A stretch of 56,583 nt of DNA, filler included, from Catajapyx aquilonaris (GCA_000934665.2; 2 parts of 2 records of this genome joined end to end with filler, not necessarily neighbours in it), one strand, 5' to 3'. Positions 15,001 through 27,686 are shown, numbered from the whole stretch's first letter. The notes: generated by a model not told the origin, from the letters alone. Numbers and translations are program-made.

Positions 15001-18000
15001 GCCTGAACTGAATGTTCTGAGTACATAAACTTTTGGGATCAAACAAACATCGAGGAGGCTGCGTTACTATGCATGAGTGTTCATTGAAACTTTAGTTTAG
15101 TACGAGTAATTGATGGCTAGTGCAAACATCAGCATTACACACTACAGCGAATAAGGGTACGAAGTCAATTTCGGTCCAATATGTTATAGTTTTTTGTGCC
15201 TATATTTTGTGGTTACTCTGCATGCACTTTTCTTGGCATTGAAATTGCATTGTCACTTCACCGATATCTGGAATAAGCGGCAGGGAAATCGTCACTGTGC
15301 ATATACACTTGCCAAAAAGCGGCAACGTCATGCTCATCAAATCCCGTCAAGAGCACAAAGTGCAGTTGGAACCTCTTTTGTAACACATTGTCATGCGTCA
15401 CGCTCCAATCCCTGGGATTTTGGAGGACCCCACACTTTGAGTCATGCAACCTAGGGCGGGGATTGAAGTAATAAAAAAAACAAAAAACAGAGGAGCTCTG
15501 TCCGTTGGAAAGAGCCAATCCTTCTGAGCTTCCAAACCCACTGAGGAGGAGTAGGATATGTAAATGATGAGTTAAATGGTTTATGGGTGCACGTGTACCT
15601 CTCGCTGCGTGACACGGATACTGAACCTCTGGCGACCGGTCCAATTCTGTTCTTCTTGTAGCCAACCTACTTGCTGGACTCCCCAGTCCGATGACTATAA
15701 AAGGAAGAGGTTCCGTCCATAATTTTTTTTTGCGTGTGTGTGTGTGTTTCGACTTCTTTTGTTAGAGAGGAGCCCACAGGAAACAAGGGGAGGCGTAGAA
15801 GCCAACCTGTTGTCTCGTCCATATACTCTTGCCCCGGGGCCAAAAATGTGGAACCGACGAACCGCCAAAGTGTCTGTCTTTTTGGCGGAAGCCTGAGGCG
15901 GAGTTTGGGTTACCGTTTGGAGGAAGTGGCGGAACAATAGAGTGCACTTCATGCACAAAGAAGTAGCTCTGCTTGACACATGCCGGTATTTTGAATATTG
16001 CGACAATTTGTCGCCGGAGTTTTTATAATGGAAGGTAACTGTTTGCATTGACATTGCCCTCCCTTTAATGACGCGGCCTTTTGTTTTGCTGGCATAATGC
16101 ACGTGGACAAACACAAAGGGATTGACCTAACGACCTGTATACAGGACAGCTGCCTTTTCCCAGGAAATTGGCACAAAACTGAAGCCAACCCTATTGCAGT
16201 TCCGGATGGAAATTAATGCTAAAACGCAATTAATACTGGTAGCTTATTGACAGGCGTTTACACTGGGTTGTCAATGACAGCATTTTCCCCCCAAAAATAT
16301 CTGCTGTTACAAGTAAGAACAAAGTACGGTACCACGTAGCAGCACGGAATTTACACGTACGTCCATCAACATTAATGGGACCTAATGGACATGATAGGCC
16401 ACTTTCGTAATCAAACTAGCTTCCTTTGATTATTCACATCAGCCTGCAAAAATCACATCCAAATAAATCCGCACCGTTGTCGCCCATCAAAAAATTTAGC
16501 ATTACACAGGTGTTTATAAGAGCACTGTTCACACCCGCTTTTTTTTCTCTCTCTACCCTCGACGAGTCAACACCGGCTTTCCACTAATGAACTACCTAAT
16601 TCCCCATCCGCACTAAAACCATCCCGGGGCCCGCTCTGATTATGGCCTCTCCACCACTAGACTATGCCGTCCAATGCCGGTTAGTTAAAAAGGCATGGCG
16701 GTATGTTTTCTCTTTCCCACTTTTTTTTTCCTGAACCAGTCTGATCCCTCCATGGTCACCAGAGGGCCGCCAAACCCCTATCCACAGCTGCCGGTTGGGA
16801 AAAATGAGCGAGTCGGAGGGGAACCGGAGAAGGAGAAGGGTCGTGTGTTTGCTGGCTCAAGACAACGTTGGTCGGCTTGTGGAAATTGTGTCGTGTGTCG
16901 AGTGATTTTTTTTTGGGTGAGATTTTCCAAGAGATGTGCTGGACCAGTGATGGAATGCGGTTTTGGCTTTGGTCGTGACCGGAGGGGCTCACACCCTTTA
17001 AAAAAAAACTAGCGGCCGTCATTTCTAGGAGGGAAATCGGCTTATCTTTACCGATAAGAGTATATGCAGTTATTGTTGGGCGGCTTTTAAAAGGGGGCGT
17101 CACGCAGTCTCGATAGGTGCATTGCTGCAGTTACTACGGTTTGATCAAACGTTTGTTCGAGGGGCTTGGTTTTTATACGGCGACGTTGAAGGTCAGGATG
17201 TAACGGACAGTTTGGTGGCGATACTCTCGTCCGATTAACCGTCATCCGATTGCATGCTAGGGTAGAACGAAACCGGTAATATTTCATGAATGGTCAGCTG
17301 ATATGCCAGTTGTATCAACTCCAATTATAAAGCCTTTGATGATATACACAGTTCAATGTTGCAATATATTTTTAAAGTACTTTCGTGCAAGTATTGCATC
17401 ACGTGCATGCTGAAACAACCGTAACCAGGTTAGGACAATCGCTGCGTTTATCACGGACCGATAGCTGGACAATGACCATGTCGAGGACTGATTTACCTTG
17501 AGAGTTCATGCCACCCAACGGTATAATAATGTTAAAAATAAATTGCTATTTTATGGACCGTGCATTTGAGGCCAAAATTGTCTCCCAAAATTCCAGTAGC
17601 GGATCTATTGTTGGAGTCAGGGTTTTCTGACCGTATGGCCAGGATTTTTGTTAAAAGGAGGGGGTGGGCCAGGTGGGAGGGTTTAAAGCGTGGCTAGAAT
17701 CCCTTCAGGCACACGAGAGGGGGGGCCTGAAGATGGGGAATGAGGTATAGAGAGAGAAAAAAAAGGTAGGGTGAGAGCAAGGTCGCCTGTTTCGTCCCTC
17801 AAGGCCTCTGCTCTCCTGCTGCCCACCTTATTCTTCCAAAGCATTTCTTTGTTTGCATCATCTTCAGGACACATTCCTCAGCTCTGCTTGTTGTTGCGGG
17901 CAAGGTCGAGCTTTTGCAATAATATTGTGGTGCAGGGACAAAAATTTTTATGGCCTCGACACGCTCATGTGCGCTATTATTTTCAATTGCATTCACTTCC

Positions 18001-21000
18001 TGGTGTAGACATCCCGTGGCTTGGAGGAAAAAGGCCTAGGGTAATGTATTTAAAGCGTTTTTAAAAAGAACAAGCGCTGCTTTTTCCTGCAGCTGTCGCG
18101 TGCTTTCTATTTTGGGGAGTCGTCCGTGACTCTTCGAATGAATCCTCACGTAAGCCGCCAGTCAGAAATTAGTATTGGTCATTTAAACATCCCCCATTCT
18201 TAGTCCGGAAACGCTTGCCATCTGTCGGTGGCCTCCTTCGTTGTTTTCAGCTGACTTTGCTGGGTACTAGTCCGCTCAATAGGATTGTCCTAACTAGAGG
18301 CGTCTTCCTCGACCACCTCACGAACCACGGGATTTACCTCGGGGACCATGTTTTTGACAATAAAAAGTATAGATTTGCGTGTGTAAGCCGCCGATCAGCA
18401 GAAGTTTTAAATGGAGCAAATTATCGATCTCGTATGATTTATAGATTGATTATTTCCCCGGTTTGCGGTTTTGGCTGCCTTTCCTAGAGGCCAGCACTTG
18501 ACAGCGTTACTTTTAGCATTAATAAAATAAATCAAAATACAACCGCTCTGAAATTTGGATTCAAAATGGCGGATGTGTCCCACTCGTGATAGCACCTATT
18601 GGAAACTTTTGATCATGCGTCATGTGCAGCAGTGAAAGTTTAGGATCGTCGGACATCAGCTTTGAGGAAGACATCCAACCAATTATCGGAGAGTATTGTC
18701 CCTCGCTTGCAAATAAAAGGGGGTTGGGAAATAGGGCAATTTAAGTCAATTGCGACCCGCACACTAGACAGGGTTAAAGCGATCAGAGGCAAAGTCTGGG
18801 GGGATGATTCGATTGCACAGCAAACAGGTTCAGGAGGACTGAAAAGCATTCCATTGAGGTACATTAACTGGAAGGAATATGGGAGATGAGGCTGGCTGGG
18901 CAAAGTGCACATCGATTTTCAGGGGCCTCAGGAAAAGCAGCAGGGCGGAATCAACCTAGAACATTTTTTTCCCTTCTTCTTTTCATCCAAGAGGGGTGGG
19001 TGGGGGTATACCACTCTTCCATCGACACACTTTCGAGATATTTGCGGCAGGATCCCCAGGAGAGCACTCTAGACGAGAGACGGGCATTTTGCGTATTTCC
19101 CCCCCCCCCTCCTTCCTCTTGAATACAAGAGGAATCCTCTCCAGGATGAAGTAGCCGGACACGATCTGTGTCTGGGGAGGAGGGAAAAAGGGGCTAGAAA
19201 AAAAGTGTGACGCCGTGGTAATTGCACCATTTGTCTTGGGCTGGCGGAGGAAAACCGTGGCTTCTCAAAGGAGTTGGGGATCACCATGATTTGAAAGAGA
19301 GAGGGTAGGGGGGCAGCATGTATGTGGATTTCTCTAGAGTCCCCTTGCTTTCCTCACAAGGACGCTGACTGATGAAAATAAACGATCCGTCAGAGATTGG
19401 ATCTACTTGAATAGAGGGATGCACATCAAAAAATTGCGTATTTTGGCTCATTGCCCTTACTTAACACTTGCTTAACAAGTACTGTACATTCCATTGGATC
19501 AGCTTCGAGTGCTGCAACTCTGCCAGAACAGATCGTGATGATAAAAGACTGAAGTGGAATGTTAGAGCCCTCAAATAGGCGTCAAAGTGTGCTCCCGTCA
19601 CTCTTCATAACTTGCCTTGGAGCGTTAAAGCAGGATGTCCCAAGTTGGTTGGGGGGAGTTGGTTTCAGAAAGGTTTCCTTCCAGGGAGGGGGTGTTTGAA
19701 ACTCACAATGAACATGTTTTGCCTCTCGCAGTTTCTCATCTCTATATAGAAAGTGGCGAACAATTCCATTTTGTCTGGAGATAGTCATCTTCAAGTGCTG
19801 ACTCCTCTCAATACTCATCTGACGTTCCCTTGTCTAGACCACAATGCGATGTAACCTGATTCTCACGTAATAGGTCGGAAAAGGGGGGGGGGAAGGCCCA
19901 GAATAATAATAATAAAAATAAAAGAAGGTCGATTAAAATGCGCCCGTTGCATTTTCATTAAAAAACATCCCTAGCATTCTTGGTCGTGGCGGTCATAATT
20001 TAATGTCAGTTTGAGAACCACCGCGTAGCTCCTTTCTGGAAGGATTCAGGGCCCGCCAATTTGCTGCAGAAGAGAATACATAACGCGCCGCCTTTTGCTT
20101 TCATCCCAGGGTTGTTAAGAGTCATAAGGCGTGAAGATTAACGGGACAGGTCATATATTAATTGTCTCCGTCTTTTATGTACACCCCAGAAGACGCGGAA
20201 GAGTCCGTTGGATTGTGCCCAGAGAGAGAGAGAGAGAGCTTCAAGAGCTATGAACAGTGTGAATTGATTGGTGATTAGTGGCTGGATTTTTTTTTTTTGA
20301 AAAGTGATCATGGTGAGCACGCACGTGATAGACCTGGACAGAGTTAAGGAGGTCAAGGCGGACGCCTCACAGCGTGTCTTCAATACCTTCTCCAAAGCTT
20401 TTACTCGCCAGAATGTCCACTTTGAAAAGGGTAAGTTGCTGGCGGTTTTTATTGCAAGGGAGGGTTATTTTTGGGGTCACGTTTGGGATCCCGCGGGAAA
20501 ATGGGGTGGACAAATTAAAGGTAAACAGTTTGAGCGGGGATCGTGTTTTGGCAATTTTGTGATTGATTGGAGAGGGTTGTTTTCTTTTTTTTTTAAAGCC
20601 AAAATCGATGCCCTGTACCAACTTTTAAAAATATGTACTCTATACGTGTATGAGCGCCACCGACCTTTTTGCACCGGCTGAATAAAGATAACGCGTTTGC
20701 AAACAACAAATTGCAGCGTGATTAACGCAACCCTATATTGGGAATGTGTGCAAAATGCGTACCGCGAAAATTCCATTTTCGTTTCACAGTTTAACCCAAA
20801 GTGACTGTACAGCATATGCTAAAAGGTTCTTCTGAATGACCCTGTAGAATAAAGAGAGTGCCTTGCACTTCAGAACCTGCTGACGGGTGTGTTTGCCATG
20901 TAAGATGAGTGGATGTCATTGGCATGTGTCTGGCGATTCATGCTCGTAAGTGTTGCAATTACGTGCAAGTAGACCCCAGCAGCGGTGAAAGCAACGAGAA

Positions 21001-21829
21001 TCGGTCATTCATCTCTAGTTGTAGCTGCAAGTGCTGGAGTAATGAAAATGAGATGCAAATGGGTTGGCGACTAATTTGGATGGGCCCAGAGATGTGGGGT
21101 TGAAATTAATATGGAGATTAGCGTGTACGCCACCAGAGTCATCCTTTATGTGGCTATATAAGAGGAGATTGTTGAAATATGCTTATGCTGTTAAGTCTAC
21201 AAGGAACTTGTTTACAGAGGGTATCGTCAATTTGTTGCCATCGAGCTATTGGTGAAACACAATACATCCTCTTGTCTCGTCCGGGGTCGTAATTAGGTGC
21301 CTTGTTAGGGGCAGCTGGAGACTGCAGCATACATAATGCATGGGAGGAAATGAAAGGAAAATCTGATCGATTCACCGTTGAGAAATAAGGCAGCAGCTGC
21401 ACAGGCTGGGATACTCTGATATTAAAAGAAAATGTACGGGATCATGAAAGGGGAAGACACCTTGTCCTTTTCTTGCCCTCATTTTTTTCTCCTTAAAAGG
21501 GTAACATCTGCATTTATATCGGGAGGTGGATTCAGTCAAATCCGAATGCGACTTTAATGCTCTCTGAGCAATTTTTTTCAAGGTGTCGTCCTTGTACGCT
21601 TCAAAAATGTTACCAGTCTTAATGCTCCTGAATTAGCTTCAGAGCTCTTCGCTATAGTCTCCAGGAGTTAAAATGTCATAATTATTTTTAGTTGAAACAT
21701 GAATAAGCTTCACTGGTTCAATGTACTGTGTTACAGTAAAGGCTAAACTGCACCGCCTAATTCTGGGAGGCAGTTTATTGTTTCTGTATTTGACTTTTGT
21801 TCTTATGCAGAATATACAGTGTATCCCTT

Positions 21830-21991
21830 GGGCAGAGTTAAGAAATGCTGTGTATAGCTGAAGGCTCTTTTAAAAAGGTCAGCTTTAACTCGTGCACTTA
21901 TTAAAGTGGTAAACATCGCTTACTATGAGGATGGTTATCGAGCTGCTTTAAACGGAGCTTTTAAACTAAACAGCATATTTGAATTCCGCCC
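21830..21991. mobile_element. Degenerate non-autonomous MITE (~162 bp), possibly PIF/Harbinger-type
   Basis: Imperfect terminal inverted repeats GGGCAGAGTTAAGAAATGCTG (21830) and CAGCATATTTGAATTCCGCCC (ends 21991; rc GGGCGGAATTCAAATATGCTG). An inner inverted pair is also present (aaggctcttttaaaaaggtcagct / agctgctttaaacggagctt). Flanks ctt/ttt give no clean TSD. Confidence 0.5.
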
Positions 21992-23241
21992 TTTGTCCTT
22001 TAGCCTCATGCTCAAATCATTAATAATTGTACCGGTATATCCGTTTCAAGGATCCGTTTAATAGCAACTGTTAACCCTAAAGTTCTTGAACTTTACTTGC
22101 AGCTATCATAAAATTTTGACCTACAGAAATGTCGTAACCGTTATTGTGAATAATGAAGCGATTTGCAGAGTAACGTTGAATATTATGCATTGTTCGTCAT
22201 ATATCGTGTGTGCTTTTAACAGACGGAAACACTGATACTAACACCTTGCTCAGTTTTTTTTTAACTCGAATAAACTTATTCCCACCTTGCATCGAATTTT
22301 CCTCTCACCAAAAAAAAAGCCGGCCAACCTGTTCCGGTTTGTGCTCACAAAAACATCATGACCTACCAGGTATGTCAGGCACGTGATGTAACCCCCCCGC
22401 GCGTACACACCCACAAAAAAAGAATCCACCTGTCGCAATCAATTACTTCGAGAACAATTTAGTCATTGTGCAAGTAACCTAAACGAAAAGGGGGTTGGCT
22501 ATTACTCGAACGCCATGTCAGGCATGCCCCCACTTTTGTGAGAGACGGGGGCAAACAGGAAGGAAGACTGTAGCACGTGATGGCGATAGGCAGCTCTAAT
22601 TACGAGCGATTCCATCTATCTGCTGGCAGGAGGGCTTACCACGTCACGAGGGCGCACCTATAGTACTGTAGACTATTGTTTCCATCCTTGTGGAGGATGA
22701 GACCATGCAGGAGAAGACCTGCCTCTGCGTGTTTTGTGTTGCCCCTGTGTATTAATTAGGCTGAGTGTGATGATGAGAAAGGCGCTCATAACCTACAATG
22801 CACAACAACGGGCCTCGTTTTACCTGGTTGTGTTGAGGAGAAGGTGCGTGTTGTGTCAGTTTGCTAAGTGCGCGGAAGGAGATCGGATGGGCCGATTGCT
22901 CACCTTGTATTGTGTCAGGATAACGGGTTTGCTTAATCTCGATCATCTGCGTGATAAATAGGCAGGTAAGCCGGGAGAAGAAAAAAAAGCTAGTTTAAGA
23001 ATTTAGGACGCTAATTCCTTGTTACTGGACGTATGTACTGTAATTATGGAGTGTGATTTTTATATTAGATGACCCTTGTGTGTTCATGTCCCATCTGACA
23101 ACACTGCCCAGTTCTGAGCACAATAGCGTTATCAGAGATATTTTCATGGAGCATGTTATCCGGCAGGTTGGCCCACACTATCAGTACAGGAAATTGCTCG
23201 TTGCAATGTGACCATGGATACTTCCGAATTGACTCTGTACT

Positions 23242-23359
23242 TGTTATGTCCGGAGACCGAGGAACTGCTGAATGATACACTACGCCATCTTTGCTACTCA
23301 CTTCATTTCTTTTGTTTTACTCCGAGAGGTGCTGCCACCTGTCTGTATAATGCCTAGCA
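23242..23359 (-). repeat. 3' LTR (118 bp)
   Basis: TGTTATGTCC...GCCTAGCA; 3 mismatches to the copy at 27687-27804. Confidence 0.95.
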
Positions 23360-23368
23360 CCTCCCCCC
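23360..23368 (-). promoter_or_regulatory. Polypurine tract (PPT)
   Basis: Minus-strand GGGGGGAGG immediately precedes the 3' LTR. Confidence 0.85.
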
Positions 23369-23500
23369 GTAGAAAAAACATAGGAAAAAAACAACAAAAA
23401 AAAACAACACATCCCGAGTACAGTATGAGAATTCCAGAAAATCCACACGTCCAAAACACAAAAATAATAAAAAAAAACAAAAAAAAAACATATGGGTACA

Positions 23501-26500
23501 TCAAAAGTCTGTCACGTAACCACTTAACCACGGTGGCGGACGTCTAGCTCGCTGAGGACGTCCTGTCGGATCTGTGTCGGGTGATGTAGTGTCTGGTGTA
23601 GGCGAATCCACAGGACCCTCCACAGTGGTTGTAGGCGTCCCCGCCGGTACTGGAACAGCAATCGGAAACTCCTCCGTTGTGGACCTTGGTGTGAGTACTG
23701 GCAGGTTGCACCTAGGCCTGATATGGTCCACATGCCGTCTGATCTCCTGTCCCTCTGTTGTTATGGCACGATAGGTCCGGGGGCCTTCAACTGTGGCGAC
23801 AACGCCCGGAATCCAGGCACCCTCCTTACGGAAATCGCGCAAGTAAATGGTGTCTCCAGGAGAAAACTCGCCAGACCGTCCGTCCAGCGTGTCGTAGTAC
23901 TTCTTCTCTTGTTTCATCGACACCTCTGCCAGGTCCGGATGTAGTCGGTCTAGTGCCGTGCGAAGACGTCGCCCCATTAGAAGCTCAGCGGGGGATCGTC
24001 CCGTCGATGCCGTCGGCGTGGTATGCTGGGACAGAAGAAATCTGGCTATTCTTGTATAGACATCCCCTTCCTTCATCCTAGCCAGGGCGTCCTTCGTCGT
24101 CTGCACCATGCGCTCGGCCTGTCCGTTTGAAGCTGGGTGGTAGGGTGGTACGAATGTTTGATGCACCATGTTGTTCCTGCAGAAAACCTTCATTTCTTCA
24201 GACGTGAAAGTAGTGCCGTTATCTGAGACTAACACGTCAGGAAGCCCGTGTGTCGCGAACAGTCTACGCAGGACTGTAATAGTGGCTGTCGCTGTCATGG
24301 AGTTTACTGGTACCACTTCCAACCATTTCGAATATGCATCTACCACCAGCAGGTAAGTATGCCCGTGATGAGGCCCAGCAAAATCCATGTGGAGTCGTGA
24401 CCAAGGACGTGTCGGTGTGGACCAGGGCAAAACAACAGCCTTATTTGGAAGATGCCGAGTCGCCTGACACTCCTCACACTGTTTGACCAACGTCTCTATG
24501 TCCGCATCAAGTCCAGGCCACCATACGTAACTCCGCGCTAGAGCCTTCATCCTGTTCATGCCAGGATGACCAGCGTGCAAAAGCAGGAGTATGTCGCTCC
24601 TGGCTGCAACAGGTATAACCACCCGGTTACCCCATAGCACCACACCCATGTGTACGGACAACTCGGATGAATGTAACCAGTAAGGACGGATTTCACTCTC
24701 CTTGTCGACCTTCATCGGCCAACCAGCCAAACAGCATTGTAAAACCCGCGACAAAGTCTGATCCTTTTTTGTACTCTGTGCCAATGCAGTCGCATTCCAG
24801 GGTGAATTAGGTGTACATTCAAGCAGGAGAACTTCGGATGGATTTGGGATGCCGGAATCTGGGACTTTCAAAGGTAAACGACTCATAGCATCAGCATTTC
24901 CCATACTAGCCCCTTCCCGATGAATCAGGGTGTAGTCGTAGCAGGCAAGCATCAACGCCCAACGTAGCATCCTGGGCGACACAATGATGGGAACCGGTTT
25001 CCCGGCTTGCAAGATGCCGAGCAACGGTTTATGGTCAGTGATCAACGTAAACGACCTCCCCGCCAGGTACTTGTGAAAATGCTTCACCCCATACACCAGG
25101 GCCAGCGCCTCTTTGTCCAGCTGAGAAAAGTTTTTCTCTGCGTTGTGTAACGTGCGTGACGCAAACGCAATCGGCGCCTCTCGCCCGTCCTGTAGCCTGT
25201 GGGACAACACGGCCCCGACTCCATAAGGAGAAGCGTCACACGCAAGCACCAGCGGCTTCTTCCCATCATAATGTATCAGTACTTCGTTCTCCATCATCCT
25301 CTTCTTCGCCTCTAGAAAGGCCCGGTCCTGGGCGTCGCCCCAAGCCCACGGTGCATCCGTATCTAGCAGACGGTGTAATGGCTCAAGTAAGGAAGCCCTG
25401 CCCCGGAAGAAGTTGCCGTAAAAACTTATGAGTCCCAAAAAGGATCGCAGCTCCTTAACATTCCTGGGAACAGGCGCGTCTCGTATGGCAGCCACCTTGT
25501 CTTCGTCCTGATGGACTCCATTTGCGTCCACACGATAACCGAGAAATTTCACTGACTGTACACCGAACGAGCACTTTTCCGGTTTCACTCTGAACCCCGC
25601 CTCTTGTAGGCGACGTAATACCTCACGCACCCGGATGTCATGTTCCTCCTTGTTCCGTCCTTGTATCAAAATGTCGTCCAAGTACGCCGAAACGCCTGGA
25701 ATTCCTGCCAGAGTGTTATCCATTATTCGCTGGAAAATTCCAGTTGCGCAAGTAATGCCGAACTGTAAGCGATTTACTTTAAACAGTCCCTTATGTGTGT
25801 TGATCGTAAGCACCCCAGCTGATGCCTCCGAGACTGGAAGCTGTTGATACGCCTGTGTCAAATCTATGCCGGAGAAGATTGTTCCCCCCGCCAATGTAGC
25901 CAAAATCTCCGCAGCGGCGGGCATTGGGTAAGAGTCCGTCTTGACGGCCAGGTTGGCTGTGGACTTGTAATCGCCGCATATCCGCCACGTGCCATCAGGC
26001 TTCTTTACTGTGACGATCGGAGAAGCCCACTCGGAATGCCGTACGGGTTCCAGGACTCCATCACGCTGCAGTTTCTCCAATTCCTCCGATATAGGCTCCA
26101 CTATTGCAAAAGGTAGGGGGCGTGCTTTCATGAACTTCGGCACCGCATCAGGCGCAACGTCGATGGACACAGGAGGGCCGGTGTATTTCCCCAGCCCAGT
26201 CTGGAACACCAATGGAAACTCTTCCCTGAAACATGCCATGGAACCGCACTGTAACAGGTTCACGCCTTTAACCGATATGCCAAGGGGGCCGAACCAATTC
26301 CGTCCCAAAAGTGAAGGTCCCGTGCCTTCTATGATCACTAACGGCAACCTTTCTTGTAACCCTCTGAAAGAGGTAGATACGTTCATGATTCCTTTCGTTG
26401 GTAATGCCCGCTTCCCCCAGGCCTGCAGACCCATGCCAGTGGGGCGTATCAGCGGTTGCCGATCCGGCCATAAGAGTTCCGCCGTCTCCTCGCTCATCAC

Positions 26501-26896
26501 GGATACATCCGCCCCCGAGTCCACTTCCATTTCAACTTCCGCGCCATCCAACGTCACCCGCGCTTTGCATTTAGGAACCGTCCCAACGACGCACCCCACC
26601 TGGTGAATAGTGTATTCAATGCCGCCCACCGAAAGTGTATTTTCGTCGGTGGCATCCACCAGGTGGGCTTGTCGCACAGGACTAGCAGTACTCGTGGACC
26701 TTGTCTGAGCATGAGTTGACCTGGGCGAATCCTCACGACCTTGCCGTTTCTTGGCCAAACATACCTTCTCTACATGCCCCGTTTTCTTACACCATGCACA
26801 CTGCAAACCTTTCTTTCTGCACGCCGTTGCCTTATGGCCGCCGACTCCGCATCTGTAGCAGGCCGCGGATGTGGAACGCTCCACCTTCAGTACCAC
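23501..26896 (-). CDS. pol: Gag nucleocapsid + Pol polyprotein (zinc knuckles, aspartic protease, RT, RNase H, integrase)
   Basis: 1131-aa open frame: CYRCGVGGHKATAC and CAWCKKTGHVEKVC knuckles, VDSGAD protease, WASPIV/YLDD RT, LACDAS..TDHKPL RNase H, H-H-C-C plus D(FAG)-D(NG)-E integrase. Confidence 0.95.
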   Translation of the reverse strand: MVLKVERSTSAACYRCGVGGHKATACRKKGLQCAWCKKTGHVEKVCLAKKRQGREDSPRSTHAQTRSTSTASPVRQAHLVDATDENTLSVGGIEYTIHQVGCVVGTVPKCKARVTLDGAEVEMEVDSGADVSVMSEETAELLWPDRQPLIRPTGMGLQAWGKRALPTKGIMNVSTSFRGLQERLPLVIIEGTGPSLLGRNWFGPLGISVKGVNLLQCGSMACFREEFPLVFQTGLGKYTGPPVSIDVAPDAVPKFMKARPLPFAIVEPISEELEKLQRDGVLEPVRHSEWASPIVTVKKPDGTWRICGDYKSTANLAVKTDSYPMPAAAEILATLAGGTIFSGIDLTQAYQQLPVSEASAGVLTINTHKGLFKVNRLQFGITCATGIFQRIMDNTLAGIPGVSAYLDDILIQGRNKEEHDIRVREVLRRLQEAGFRVKPEKCSFGVQSVKFLGYRVDANGVHQDEDKVAAIRDAPVPRNVKELRSFLGLISFYGNFFRGRASLLEPLHRLLDTDAPWAWGDAQDRAFLEAKKRMMENEVLIHYDGKKPLVLACDASPYGVGAVLSHRLQDGREAPIAFASRTLHNAEKNFSQLDKEALALVYGVKHFHKYLAGRSFTLITDHKPLLGILQAGKPVPIIVSPRMLRWALMLACYDYTLIHREGASMGNADAMSRLPLKVPDSGIPNPSEVLLLECTPNSPWNATALAQSTKKDQTLSRVLQCCLAGWPMKVDKESEIRPYWLHSSELSVHMGVVLWGNRVVIPVAARSDILLLLHAGHPGMNRMKALARSYVWWPGLDADIETLVKQCEECQATRHLPNKAVVLPWSTPTRPWSRLHMDFAGPHHGHTYLLVVDAYSKWLEVVPVNSMTATATITVLRRLFATHGLPDVLVSDNGTTFTSEEMKVFCRNNMVHQTFVPPYHPASNGQAERMVQTTKDALARMKEGDVYTRIARFLLSQHTTPTASTGRSPAELLMGRRLRTALDRLHPDLAEVSMKQEKKYYDTLDGRSGEFSPGDTIYLRDFRKEGAWIPGVVATVEGPRTYRAITTEGQEIRRHVDHIRPRCNLPVLTPRSTTEEFPIAVPVPAGTPTTTVEGPVDSPTPDTTSPDTDPTGRPQRARRPPPWLSGYVTDF

Positions 26897-27423
26897 CGGC
26901 CGGTCCGGAGTGATTGGGCGTCCCGCTCCGCAGTTTCCGCCGCAAGGGCCAGTCGCAGAGCAGTGTCAAAGGATAGGTCGGGCTCTTCCAGCAGTCGCCG
27001 TTGGGTCCTCTCATGAGCGATACCCACGACCAGTTGGTCCCTCAACCGGTCGCTCAGGTCGGTGAATTGGCAGTGCTCGCTCAAGCTACGTAAATCGTTG
27101 ACATAGTCCCGGACGGCCTCCCCCGTCCTCTGCACCCGGCGATGAAACTTGCACCTTTGTACGATGACCGATGGAGTCGGGTTGAAATGCTTCATAACTG
27201 CGGACGTTACCTCCTCGTAGGACATATCAGCCAGTTTCCGTGGAGCCACCACTGTCCGCATGACGCGAAACACCTCCGCTCCAACGGCGTTCAGCAGTAC
27301 CGCCAACTTGTCCGCATTTTTCACCTTCATCGCCTTAAAATGGAATTCGGCCCGCTCCAGGTACTCCTCCCACGTGTCCTTTGCCGGCTCGAATGCACCC
27401 AAACTGCCCCTGTTCTGTGCCAT
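26887..27423 (-). CDS. gag: Gag capsid N-terminal part, out of frame with the NC-pol ORF
   Basis: FEPAKDTWEEYLER...FHRRVQRTGEAVRDYVNDLRSLSEHCQF..LRDQLVVGI is typical Mag-like gag. It ends RTGRWY* and overlaps the next ORF by 10 nt. Confidence 0.9.
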   Translation of the reverse strand: MAQNRGSLGAFEPAKDTWEEYLERAEFHFKAMKVKNADKLAVLLNAVGAEVFRVMRTVVAPRKLADMSYEEVTSAVMKHFNPTPSVIVQRCKFHRRVQRTGEAVRDYVNDLRSLSEHCQFTDLSDRLRDQLVVGIAHERTQRRLLEEPDLSFDTALRLALAAETAERDAQSLRTGRWY

Positions 27424-27467
27424 CTTGTACCCGTAGTCTCACGCACAGATTGTGGTAGCCGTAGAAG

Positions 27468-27549
27468 CGGTAGTATCGGCTAAGTTCCCAGTAGCAGTAG
27501 TCGCGGTAGTACCGGTGTAGCTCCCAGTAGCAGTAGCAGCGGTAGTATC
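27468..27549. repeat. 36-bp imperfect tandem repeat (2 full units + partial) in the retrotransposon 5' leader
   Basis: CGGTAGTATCGGCTAAGTTCCCAGTAGCAGTAGTCG (27468), CGGTAGTACCGGTGTAGCTCCCAGTAGCAGTAGCAG (27504), CGGTAGTATC (27540). Confidence 0.8.
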
Positions 27550-27671
27550 CGCACCGGAAACAGGAGACGTAGTAGCCGCACCCCGTAGATATACCACGAC
27601 CCCGGGGCCCCGTGTAGTGAGGACCCCTTTGGAAAGCCTCTGGAGTCACGCCCGGGTAAATCCGTGCTCCG

Positions 27672-27682
27672 CCTCGTCGCCA
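27672..27682 (-). promoter_or_regulatory. Primer-binding site, complementary to tRNA-Ser(GCU) 3' end
   Basis: Minus-strand TGGCGACGAGG 4 nt after the 5' LTR; complementary to ...CCUCGUCGCCA (tRNA sequence recalled from memory). Confidence 0.8.
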
Positions 27683-27686
27683 AATA

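Noticed and set aside
20140..20580. Homeodomain/Pbx-like words (TGATTGAT, TAAT) suggesting a developmental enhancer
   Set aside because: Short motifs expected by chance; needs cross-species conservation data.
20838..20860. ACCCTGTAGA resembling the miR-10 5' end
   Set aside because: Only 10 nt match and no precursor hairpin.
1..23241. Numerous 60-160 aa ORFs
   Set aside because: No recognisable domains; homopolymer-driven composition; consistent with chance ORFs in intronic or intergenic DNA. Small exons cannot be excluded by eye.
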